64,000 nt of DNA from an uncultured Bacteroidales bacterium. Lineage in GTDB: Bacteria; Bacteroidota; Bacteroidia; Bacteroidales; GCA-2748055. Below the pieces are notes generated by a model. That model searched no databases, was not told where the DNA came from, and saw only the letters and a program-made list of their open reading frames with translations. Of the stretch, positions 1 through 8,789 are shown piece after piece. The position numbers and the translations under genes are program-made. Position 1 is the stretch's first letter, and each line of letters starts with the position of its first letter. Location of the stretch: assembly GCA_963764345.1 (NCBI GenBank), contig CAVXSF010000008.1:206706-270705 (forward strand), written 5' to 3'.

Positions 1-938
1 CGCGTATCCTGTCTAACCTTCTGAGTATCCTCCTTTTTTTGCTCTTTGTGGGCGCCGGACTTTTTTTCATTTACAAACAGGTTGGTGGATTTATCGACGA
101 TTTTCCTGTCTATAAAATCAAAGCCCTCGCAAATATCGACCGGCTTGAAAGTACCATTGAGAAAAATTTCGGGGTAAAGAACCTTCGCCTGGTCGATTTT
201 ATCCGGTTCAGGGTCAGGCATCTCTTCGATGTGGGTAATACGATGGTTAACAAGGCATTTACAAACACTGCAGGAACGGTGTTCAGACTGGCCATCCTGC
301 CTGTATTTATGTTTCTGTTCCTTTTTTACCGGACCAAGCTGGCCATTTTCATCCTTAAACTGGTTCCTCCTGAAAACAAAAGGAGCGCCATTTGGGTGCT
401 TAAGGAATTTGCCAGCGTCGTCCCCAGCTATATGGGAGGTGTTTCTACTGTCGTACTTATCCTTGCAGTCATTAATTCAACCGGTCTCCTTATTGTTGGT
501 GTCGATCATGCTATTGTTTTTGGGGTGATCTCTGCAATCTGTAATTTTATTCCCTATTTCGGCACCCTGATCGGAGGCTTCTTCCCTGTCATATTTACCC
601 TGCTTACCGGTGATTCATTCATGCTGCCGGCAAGAGTCATCGCCTTTTTCGCTATCGTGCAATTCATCGAAAATAATATCCTGACACCGAATATTGTTGG
701 GAACAGCCTTCGGTTAAATCCGATGGTGATTATCCTCGGCATCATAGGTGGAGGAATGGTCTGGGGGATCCCGGGAATGTTTGTCATCGTTCCCCTCCTG
801 GCCATGGTGAACATAATCGGTGAACATTTCACGAAACTTCAGCCTTTTTCCTATCTTCTCGGGATCAAGGGGGCCAGGAAACATTCAATTACCATTGCCA
901 ATATCCGGCGCTTTTTCAACAGGATGAAACGGAGATAA
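1..938 (+). CDS. AI-2E family (PerM-like) transporter, 5' end cut by the window edge
   Basis: The frame is open from nt 3 with no upstream stop. The protein is multi-pass and hydrophobic, with the typical C-terminal half (IPYFGTLIGGFFPVIFTLL ... GGGMVWGIPGMFVIVPLLA). Confidence 0.75.
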   Translation, partial: RILSNLLSILLFLLFVGAGLFFIYKQVGGFIDDFPVYKIKALANIDRLESTIEKNFGVKNLRLVDFIRFRVRHLFDVGNTMVNKAFTNTAGTVFRLAILPVFMFLFLFYRTKLAIFILKLVPPENKRSAIWVLKEFASVVPSYMGGVSTVVLILAVINSTGLLIVGVDHAIVFGVISAICNFIPYFGTLIGGFFPVIFTLLTGDSFMLPARVIAFFAIVQFIENNILTPNIVGNSLRLNPMVIILGIIGGGMVWGIPGMFVIVPLLAMVNIIGEHFTKLQPFSYLLGIKGARKHSITIANIRRFFNRMKRR

Positions 939-1049
939 ATACTTCTTTGGTAATTTTCATAATTTGTTAATGTTTTCTGAACTTTTGGAAACAATCTTCG
1001 TATTTTATTAACTACTTTAGTTCGGTATTTATGTTAAATAGTTTCCGCA

Positions 1050-4000
1050 TTGAGTATAATTAGGCAATATACCCAGCTTGTAACCATTGTAACCCTGTTG
1101 ATATTTCATTTCCCGGACCTGTTTTCACAACAGGTCGTAGATGGTTCACGTGCTGTATATACCCGTATTAACAGGGTCAGTTGTGATAATGCGAACGACC
1201 CTGATACCATTTATGTGACCACCGCAGTTTCATTTGCCGTTCATGACACCGTCCTGGTATTCCAGACGATTGGTGCTTCCGCAAATCCTCCCAGCTGGCC
1301 TTCGGGAAAGGGAGAGGTGGAGAGTATGTTCAATACCGGTAAATATGCCATTTTCAAAATAGGGGAGATTATCGACGATACAACGATCGTACTGAACACG
1401 ACCCTGCCAAATATGAAAGCCTATATGCCCGGTGAAGCCGGACAGTTGATTAAAATTCCTACTTACGAACGCGCCACCGTTGAACCAGGCTTCGATTTTC
1501 CTGCCTGGGACCCGGTGACAAAAACAGGGGGTATTTTTCCCCTGATTATCAGGAAAACACTTTATCTGAACGCAGAAATGAACGCAAGCGGCAAAGGTTT
1601 TAAGGGTGCTCAGCCTGCAGGTCAGTATACAAATGACTGTTCAGACGGTAATTTAGCGTACCTGAACGGGTATTATGCCGAGACGGCCCAGGATACGGCG
1701 GGTGAAAAAGGAGGGAGCCTTGTACGGGCAAGCTATGGCTATACACGAGGCAAAGGTCATCTGGGATCAGGCGGTGGTGGTGGCAACGGGAAGTTCTCCG
1801 GTGGAGGCGGTGGTGGAAACAAAGGTCAGGGCGGAAACGGTGGCTCTGAAGCTTCTTCCTGTCCCGTTCCCGGGAAAATCGGTGGTGAATTTGGTCCGGG
1901 ACTGGGAACATTTTACAGCAACAATACAGGTAATGTTTACTTCAACAGGATCTACCTGGGCGGAGGCGGAGGTACAGGCACCCAGGACCCAGCCTCTTCC
2001 AGATCAGCTACCAGAGGAGGAAACGGTGGGGGGATTATTATAGTTATCGCCGATACCCTGGTGGGTAATGGGAATGTTATTTCTGCCAATGGCGAAAGTG
2101 TGTCAGCTGTTGCATCGGCTGGCGCCGGTGGGGGAGGTGCAGGAGGTGTCGTTGTGCTGAATGTGGAAACTTATGTCGGGAATCTGAATGTGCAGGTCAG
2201 GGGCGGAAATGGGGGTAATACCATGGTATTACCCGACAGTACGGGACCTGGCGGCGGCGGCGGCGGCGGAATGATATGGTACAAGGGAGCAAATCTGCCG
2301 GCAACGGTTACCATCGACACCCTTCATGGTAATTCCGGTAAGATCGAGGGCACCGTGGATAAGTTCCGCGACGCCAGCAAAGGTTCTGACGGCAATTCTC
2401 AGGCAAAGCTCATTGTTCCCATCCGCGGTTTTATCATCAATACTATGCCCGATGATCAGACGATTTGCCAAAATGAAAGCCCGAATATCCTTAATGCTCT
2501 TGTTCCGATGGGAGGCAGCGGAGCATTCTTTTATAAATGGCAGGAAAGCTTGAATGCCGTCACCTGGAATAATGCCGCCGGTCCCAATCCCATAAACCAG
2601 AGGACCTATCAGCCACCGGTACTCACCGATACTATGTACTACCGCAGGATCGTGACGGACCAGACTAACGCTGATCTGGCCGATACCAGCTTTTTTGTCA
2701 CCATCTTAGTGGAGCCGGATCTGGTGAATAATATCATCGCAAGCGACGACACCGTTTGTTATAACCTTTCACCCGGCGTTTTGTCCGCCCCCACAGGAAT
2801 GTCGGGCGGACTTGGGATCTACGATTATCACTGGATCCGGGGCGGAACCGATAACCTGTGGTCGGATGCAACGGGCACGGCCAACCAGACTTCCTATTCG
2901 GTTCCCCTACTTACCGATACAACCTTGTATAAACGGATCGTAACATCGGGTGTTTGTGTCGATACCAGTAACAAGGTAACTATTACCGTGCTTTCTAACC
3001 TTACGGGAAATACCATTTCTGCCCCTCAGACTCTCTGCAACAACCAGTCTCCTGCAGCTCTCACCGGTCCGGTTCCTTCCGGTGGGGATCCGGCAGATAA
3101 ACGCTATTTCTGGGAAGTCAACCAGTCGGGGACCTGGAACCCTGCCGGGAATACTTCCAGGAACTATTCCACTATCGGCCCGCTCAGTGAAGGATTTTAC
3201 AGCTACCGGAGAACTGTCTTTTCCGGATCAGACGATGCCTGTGTTAGCATAAGCAATGCTTTGCTGATCAGCGTTCTTCCGGATATTACGAATAATGTTC
3301 TTCTGGACATCGATACCACTATCTGCGCAGGTCTCCCGAGTTTAAGCATTGCCGGGAATGTTCCTTCGGGCGGTAATTCCCCGGATTATAACTACGTATG
3401 GCAGAGCAGACCGGATGGATCTACAGTGTGGACCTCGGCAGCCGGACAGGCATCCAACCAGGTGTTCGAACCCGGCTCCCTTGGCACTTCAACATGGGTT
3501 CGCCGTACGGTTTATTCAGGTGCCGGAGATGTATGCATGAACGTCTCGGATTCCATAAAAATATCGACACTTCCGGCCATTAGCGGAAACACAATCTCTG
3601 CTCCGCAATCCGTGTGTGAAGGCATACAACCCGCTGATCTTACCGGCAGCACGCCATCAGGCGGCGGAGAAGGCCCTGGTACTTATTCCTGGAAATGGCA
3701 GAAAAAATCTTCAGGAGACAGCCAGTTTACAGATATTGCCACAGGCGGTGCTCAGAAAAATTATGCCTTCAGCCAGGCCCTGAACGATACCACCCTGTAC
3801 CGCCGTATTGTGCTTTCCGGTCCCTCAACCTATTTTACATGTAAGGATACGAGTGCTACACTTAAGATATCAGTTCCCCCGGCCATAGGGAACAACCTGA
3901 TTTCCGGTCCTTCCGCCCGCGAAACCTGCGTCGGTACTCAGCCTCCAGTTTTGCAAGCCTCCGGCAATGTAAATGGCGGAAATGGTGCGTATTCATATAC

Positions 4001-5330
4001 CTGGGAAGAAAGCCCGGACGGCATATCCTGGGTTGATGCCCAGGGAGTGAACAGTGAGACTGATTATCAGCCCACCATTCTTAATAATCCGATGCAATAC
4101 CGCCGTATCGTTCAATCGGCGACCGTATGCTCCGATACAGCACCTACCATTCGTATCGACACACTCGAAAGGCCGGGCCTGACTTTGCTGACAGCAAACA
4201 GGGATTCCATTTGTCACCTTGAGAAGAATTTCGCCCTCGCGATTGACATCCGGAACGGGGCGCCCGTATATACTGCCTGGTATTCAGACGGGACCGGAGG
4301 CGGGAGTACTGAAGTGAACAATCTCGGCCAGAACGGTCAGATCCCGATAAACAGTTTTCCGCAACAACGCATTTCCTATATTTTCAGAATAGATTCGCTT
4401 GCGGATTCAAAAGGCTGCTACACCAGAAGTGCAAACCTGTCACAGTTTACAGCTCAAAGTGAATTATTCCCCGATGCCGAACCAGTTATCCTGCTCGACG
4501 ACAGTACGGCAGTTTGCGGCAATGAACTGCAAATCACCGGAAACCCGGATATCGGCATCAATTACTTCTGGACGGTTTCGAACCCTGACATAACCATTGA
4601 CAACAGCCATGCAGAACAAAGTCGGGCGACAGTGGCACCCAATTTTAACATGCAGCAGACTTATCTTAAATTCTACGCTTATTCTCCAGGCTGTCAGAAT
4701 ATATCGGGATATACACCCTCCTATGATTCGGTGAAGGTCGCCTTCTTTGAACAACCCGGACCCCTGCAGTTCACCGACAGTTCAGTGGTCGTATATATTA
4801 CCGATAAATATACAGTTCATTACAATGAACCAAACGCCGGGCAAATGTACTGGACCGTCCTGGACGGAGATGGTAAATTTACCGGTATTGCTTCCGATTC
4901 AACCCTTATTTACGATATTCCGGAAAATCAAAGCGTATTCCGGCTTACCATTTCCAATGGAAACTGCGTACCTGTATCTGATGATATTACCATTAACCGC
5001 CGAAATGTGAATGTGTACGACGGGATCTCACCGAAGAATGCCGACGGGATCAATGATTTCCTGGTAGCCGAAGGACTGGATACCGAAGATGTGAACTTTA
5101 CCTTCCAGGTTTTCTCTACCAGCGGACTCCTGGTAAAAGAGATCACCGATAAAGATATTGACCGGCTGGGATTTAAGAGAGGACTTCCAAACAATGGTCT
5201 TGAGCTCTGGGATGGGAAAGGGAAAATCGGGGACAATGTCGTTCCGGCCGGTGTGTATTACTATGTGCTGATGATCAAATATAAGGGTGTAACGTATCCG
5301 CCGGCTAAAAACTATGTAGTTGTTAAATAA
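1050..5330 (+). CDS. Giant secreted adhesin-like protein with a T9SS type-B (gliding-motility-associated) C-terminal sorting domain
   Basis: 1426-aa ORF with an N-terminal signal-like segment. It has a Gly-rich block (GGGGGNGKFSGGGGGGNKGQGGNGG ... GPGGGGGGGMIWY) and six Cys-containing repeats of about 85-95 aa (GNTISAPQxxCxxxxPxxLxGxxPSGG..YxW..TLYRRIV). The last ~90 aa (VYDGISPKNADGINDFLVAEGL...GVYYYVLMIKY) fit the type-B CTD pattern, and a PorP/SprF gene follows directly. Confidence 0.8.
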   Translation: MSIIRQYTQLVTIVTLLIFHFPDLFSQQVVDGSRAVYTRINRVSCDNANDPDTIYVTTAVSFAVHDTVLVFQTIGASANPPSWPSGKGEVESMFNTGKYAIFKIGEIIDDTTIVLNTTLPNMKAYMPGEAGQLIKIPTYERATVEPGFDFPAWDPVTKTGGIFPLIIRKTLYLNAEMNASGKGFKGAQPAGQYTNDCSDGNLAYLNGYYAETAQDTAGEKGGSLVRASYGYTRGKGHLGSGGGGGNGKFSGGGGGGNKGQGGNGGSEASSCPVPGKIGGEFGPGLGTFYSNNTGNVYFNRIYLGGGGGTGTQDPASSRSATRGGNGGGIIIVIADTLVGNGNVISANGESVSAVASAGAGGGGAGGVVVLNVETYVGNLNVQVRGGNGGNTMVLPDSTGPGGGGGGGMIWYKGANLPATVTIDTLHGNSGKIEGTVDKFRDASKGSDGNSQAKLIVPIRGFIINTMPDDQTICQNESPNILNALVPMGGSGAFFYKWQESLNAVTWNNAAGPNPINQRTYQPPVLTDTMYYRRIVTDQTNADLADTSFFVTILVEPDLVNNIIASDDTVCYNLSPGVLSAPTGMSGGLGIYDYHWIRGGTDNLWSDATGTANQTSYSVPLLTDTTLYKRIVTSGVCVDTSNKVTITVLSNLTGNTISAPQTLCNNQSPAALTGPVPSGGDPADKRYFWEVNQSGTWNPAGNTSRNYSTIGPLSEGFYSYRRTVFSGSDDACVSISNALLISVLPDITNNVLLDIDTTICAGLPSLSIAGNVPSGGNSPDYNYVWQSRPDGSTVWTSAAGQASNQVFEPGSLGTSTWVRRTVYSGAGDVCMNVSDSIKISTLPAISGNTISAPQSVCEGIQPADLTGSTPSGGGEGPGTYSWKWQKKSSGDSQFTDIATGGAQKNYAFSQALNDTTLYRRIVLSGPSTYFTCKDTSATLKISVPPAIGNNLISGPSARETCVGTQPPVLQASGNVNGGNGAYSYTWEESPDGISWVDAQGVNSETDYQPTILNNPMQYRRIVQSATVCSDTAPTIRIDTLERPGLTLLTANRDSICHLEKNFALAIDIRNGAPVYTAWYSDGTGGGSTEVNNLGQNGQIPINSFPQQRISYIFRIDSLADSKGCYTRSANLSQFTAQSELFPDAEPVILLDDSTAVCGNELQITGNPDIGINYFWTVSNPDITIDNSHAEQSRATVAPNFNMQQTYLKFYAYSPGCQNISGYTPSYDSVKVAFFEQPGPLQFTDSSVVVYITDKYTVHYNEPNAGQMYWTVLDGDGKFTGIASDSTLIYDIPENQSVFRLTISNGNCVPVSDDITINRRNVNVYDGISPKNADGINDFLVAEGLDTEDVNFTFQVFSTSGLLVKEITDKDIDRLGFKRGLPNNGLELWDGKGKIGDNVVPAGVYYYVLMIKYKGVTYPPAKNYVVVK

Positions 5331-5331
5331 G

Positions 5332-6249
5332 ATGATGAAACGAACGCTCATATTGTTTTTTCTTGTCCTCGCTGCCCTGGATGCCGGCGCACAATTTGAT
5401 ATCCCCAGGCTCAGCCAGTATCTGATAAATGGTATGGTGATTAATCCCGCCTATGCTGGTAGCCGAGAAGCCTTAAGTATTACGGCCGTTGATAAGGAAT
5501 ATCTTACAGGCTTTGCCGGCCACCCAAGGACAATGAAATTTGCATTCCATACACCACTGAAGAATGAACATGTAGCCCTGGGATTCAGCATGGAGAATAA
5601 CTACAATCCATTAGTGAAGAATACCGGGATCTATGGCGACTATGCTTACCGGATATGGCTTGGCGGTGTGCGACTGTCTTTAGGACTAAAAGCCGGCATA
5701 TATCATTACACTGAAGATTTCTCCGGAGATTTTAACCTGTATGATCAGGCGCAGAACGATCCTTCATTTATCAACAGCAGTGGCTACGCTCCAAATTTCG
5801 GAGCCGGGGTTTACATCTACAACAATAAGTTTTTTACGGGATTTTCAGTTCCGTACTTCCTTGATTTTCCACGGGAAGGCAATAATTTTAATTTTAATAC
5901 CGGAAGTTATCATTACATCCTGACCGGAGGTTACCTGTTTGACGTTTCCCCGGACTTCAAGGTGAAACCTTCCACGCTGATCGATTACAGCACTGCAAAC
6001 CTGGATGTTCAGGCGGGACTCAATTTTATCCTGTTCCAGGATAAATTGTGGACGGGTGCCATGTACAGGCCAAGCGCCAGTGCATTTACCGGAATCATTG
6101 AATTCCAGGTCACCAGCTGGCTTAGGTTAGGATATGCGTATGATTATTACTTTACCGATCTGAGCAGGGTCTCCAATGGTACGCATGAGATCATGCTCAG
6201 GTATGAACTTAATTTCAAGTCTAACGCTGACAGCCCTTTCTATTTCTGA
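5332..6249 (+). CDS. PorP/SprF family type IX secretion system membrane protein
   Basis: Signal peptide followed by AQFDIPRLSQYLINGMVINPAYAGSREALSI, the family-typical N-terminus, and a beta-barrel-like C-terminus ending in F. The ATG at 5332 lies just after the upstream stop; the track start at 5320 is a TTG. Confidence 0.85.
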   Translation: MMKRTLILFFLVLAALDAGAQFDIPRLSQYLINGMVINPAYAGSREALSITAVDKEYLTGFAGHPRTMKFAFHTPLKNEHVALGFSMENNYNPLVKNTGIYGDYAYRIWLGGVRLSLGLKAGIYHYTEDFSGDFNLYDQAQNDPSFINSSGYAPNFGAGVYIYNNKFFTGFSVPYFLDFPREGNNFNFNTGSYHYILTGGYLFDVSPDFKVKPSTLIDYSTANLDVQAGLNFILFQDKLWTGAMYRPSASAFTGIIEFQVTSWLRLGYAYDYYFTDLSRVSNGTHEIMLRYELNFKSNADSPFYF

Positions 6250-6250
6250 T

Positions 6251-7672
6251 ATGAGGAGATGTTATTATATATACGGATTCATTTTTTTTCTGACCGGCCT
6301 GTGCAATGCCTTGCAGGCTCAGTCTTACATTAAAACTTCCAAGTTCCAGGTTTCTACTAACAACTTTAATGAAGTAGCACCTGTGATGACCAGTGCCGGA
6401 TTGGTATACTGTTCCGATAAAACATCAAGTTCTATGATGAATTACAAGGATAGAAATGACCTGCCAATGTATAACATCTTCATCTTGCCACGAAAAGGAA
6501 AGAATGAGTGGGGATCACCTCAACTTTTTTCGGCGACCCTGAAAACGAATCAGAATGATGGTCCCATATCTTTTAGCGGGAATGGTAAGCTTGCTGTCTT
6601 TACCCGGAATTATTCCATTAAATCCTACGGGAGTGATCTTAAGGGGAATCCTAATTTCGGCCTCTTCTTTGCCGATAGTACGGAAGCCGGCTGGACGAAT
6701 ATCAGAGAATTTGAATACAATGATCATGATGCACACACAACCCATCCTTCACTGGATTCCAGCGGGACAACGCTTTACTTTGCTTCTGACCGGAAGGGTG
6801 GTATCGGTGGGTATGACCTGTATGTCTCATATTTCAAAAACGGCGAATGGACCATGCCGGTAAATTTGGGTCCCCCAATCAATAGCCCGGGAAACGAGAT
6901 TTACCCTTATATCCATCCTTCCGGTCGCCTGTATTTTTCCTCCGACAGCCACGATAACACTAAGGATTACGACCTGTTTTACAGTGAGATATACAACAAT
7001 CGATGGATACAGCCGGTGAAACTGCCTTCCCCCTACAACTCCAGACGGAATGATTTTACCTATTATGCCGACAGAGACTTTAATTCCGGATTTTACACTT
7101 CCGACTTGAGAGGAAAAATGGATATCTACTCCTTTTCTTCAACAATACCTTCCTTCGACGTCTGCAAAAAACAGGTTGAGGATAATTTCTGTTATGTTTT
7201 CTACGAAGAAAATACGGTTACCCTGGATACAACGCTCTACGTCTATGAATGGGACCTCGGTGATAACTCAAAAGAAAGGGCAAAGGAGGCCGAACATTGT
7301 TACAACGGTCCGGGGGATTACACGGTTAAACTTGACGTGATCGATAAATTGACCGGCATTGTGCAGTTTAACCAGGCCGAGTATAAAGTTGAAGTCAGAA
7401 AAACCGTTCAATCTTATATCACCTGTCCTGACACTATGAAGACGAATGCCGATGTCGCAATGAATGGTCTGGAATCTTATTTTGGAGATGCCACACCGGG
7501 AGAATATTACTGGGATTTTGGCGACGGGTCCAGGGGCATGGGTGCTTCCGTTACACACAGTTATGCTATACCTGGGATCTACCAGGTTAAACTGGGGGTT
7601 ATCGAGGAAAGCAATGACCCTGAAACCGCAAGGAGATTCTGTTCGTATAAGACCATTGTTGTCGGGGAATAA
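6251..7672 (+). CDS. PD40 (TolB-like beta-propeller repeat) protein with two C-terminal PKD-like domains
   Basis: ATG at 6251 sits 1 nt after the PorP stop. It has a signal peptide and PD40-type repeats (LYFASDRKGGIGGYDLYVS, GRLYFSSD). PKD signatures WDLGDNS...GDYTVKLDV and WDFGDGS...GIYQVKLGV are present. Confidence 0.65.
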   Translation: MRRCYYIYGFIFFLTGLCNALQAQSYIKTSKFQVSTNNFNEVAPVMTSAGLVYCSDKTSSSMMNYKDRNDLPMYNIFILPRKGKNEWGSPQLFSATLKTNQNDGPISFSGNGKLAVFTRNYSIKSYGSDLKGNPNFGLFFADSTEAGWTNIREFEYNDHDAHTTHPSLDSSGTTLYFASDRKGGIGGYDLYVSYFKNGEWTMPVNLGPPINSPGNEIYPYIHPSGRLYFSSDSHDNTKDYDLFYSEIYNNRWIQPVKLPSPYNSRRNDFTYYADRDFNSGFYTSDLRGKMDIYSFSSTIPSFDVCKKQVEDNFCYVFYEENTVTLDTTLYVYEWDLGDNSKERAKEAEHCYNGPGDYTVKLDVIDKLTGIVQFNQAEYKVEVRKTVQSYITCPDTMKTNADVAMNGLESYFGDATPGEYYWDFGDGSRGMGASVTHSYAIPGIYQVKLGVIEESNDPETARRFCSYKTIVVGE

Positions 7673-7795
7673 GTTAAATCCGTCCAAAATATAGTCCGGC
7701 AAGCTGGATAGCTCATCAAATTTTACTTATTTTAGAGGAATTTTTCAAAAAAGCACGAATTATTTGTTCTGAAATTTGTTAACGCAAATTTATAT

Positions 7796-8767
7796 ATGAA
7801 GGTATATTTAATATTCATTTCATGGTTCTTTAGTGGATTCATTGCACTAAATGCGCAGCCTGTGCCAAACGTTGAGGAGAATATTCCATACCTGATGACA
7901 TTTGGCAAACAGGCTGAGACGAGCTGGGGTGATGATGATTTCTCTCAGACTTTCTTTTTCCTGCTGCCAAAAGATTACAGCCAGCCTGTTTTTATCTGGG
8001 TCTATGACCCTGATGTCGGAGGTGAAGTGGATGAGATCGCCGGCGAATGGAATACCCGCGTGAATTATTCCATCTATGGAGGCAAGGGATGCTGGTCCAA
8101 CCCCGACGCACAGGGAACCGATCCTGTGGGTGAATATCGCAGCGGGACCCTGCTGGCAACAAAAACCTTTGGCGAAGATCCCCGTTATGACCAGAACTGG
8201 TACGTTTTCGGCCCTTTCAACCCATCGGAAGGGGAATTCGTTGAAAAATATGATGGCAACGTGCTGAAGATTATCTGCGAAGGCGTTTCTGGCGACGACG
8301 GAAATCTGTACCGTTATTTTATGAGCACCTCTTCCAAAGAGAGGATACCTGTTGAAGGAGGCAATGCCCTTTCATTCGAATATTCATTCCGGATGTATAA
8401 CGTGCCTGAGGAAGTATCCCACATTTACCCTTATGTCGACAACCGCACGGTGACCGTTAAATTGTATGATTTTGACTGGGACAACGATGGTTTTATCCGC
8501 GTTGTATCTGTCGCGAGGAAAGGCCAGACCTGTCCGGTTTCGGGTGAAGATAAATGGGCCGAAGGTGAATTTAAAATTTTTGAAGAAGAAAAGAATACCT
8601 CCCTGGACATACAATTCATAAAGAAAAAAACACCTCCTATTGTAAAAAACAATAACGTGGTTGTGTATGTGAAAAACCAGTACGGCGAAAATATTGAATT
8701 TTTTACCAGCCCGATTGGCGGCGTGCCCAAATACAAATATAGCATTGGGGTAAGAAAGAAGGAATAG
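7796..8767 (+). CDS. Hypothetical secreted protein
   Basis: 323-aa ORF with a signal peptide (FIALNAQ) and no family I recognise. It ends 22 nt before the sensor-PP2C gene on the same strand. Confidence 0.55.
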   Translation: MKVYLIFISWFFSGFIALNAQPVPNVEENIPYLMTFGKQAETSWGDDDFSQTFFFLLPKDYSQPVFIWVYDPDVGGEVDEIAGEWNTRVNYSIYGGKGCWSNPDAQGTDPVGEYRSGTLLATKTFGEDPRYDQNWYVFGPFNPSEGEFVEKYDGNVLKIICEGVSGDDGNLYRYFMSTSSKERIPVEGGNALSFEYSFRMYNVPEEVSHIYPYVDNRTVTVKLYDFDWDNDGFIRVVSVARKGQTCPVSGEDKWAEGEFKIFEEEKNTSLDIQFIKKKTPPIVKNNNVVVYVKNQYGENIEFFTSPIGGVPKYKYSIGVRKKE

Positions 8768-8789
8768 AAAAAGGTTAAACTATATCAGA

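Noticed and set aside
1600-2553. Alternative-frame ORFs across the Gly-rich part of the adhesin gene
   Set aside because: GGN-rich DNA stays open in several frames. These ORFs translate to Arg/Pro/His-rich nonsense and are nested in the long ORF that has a coherent domain structure.
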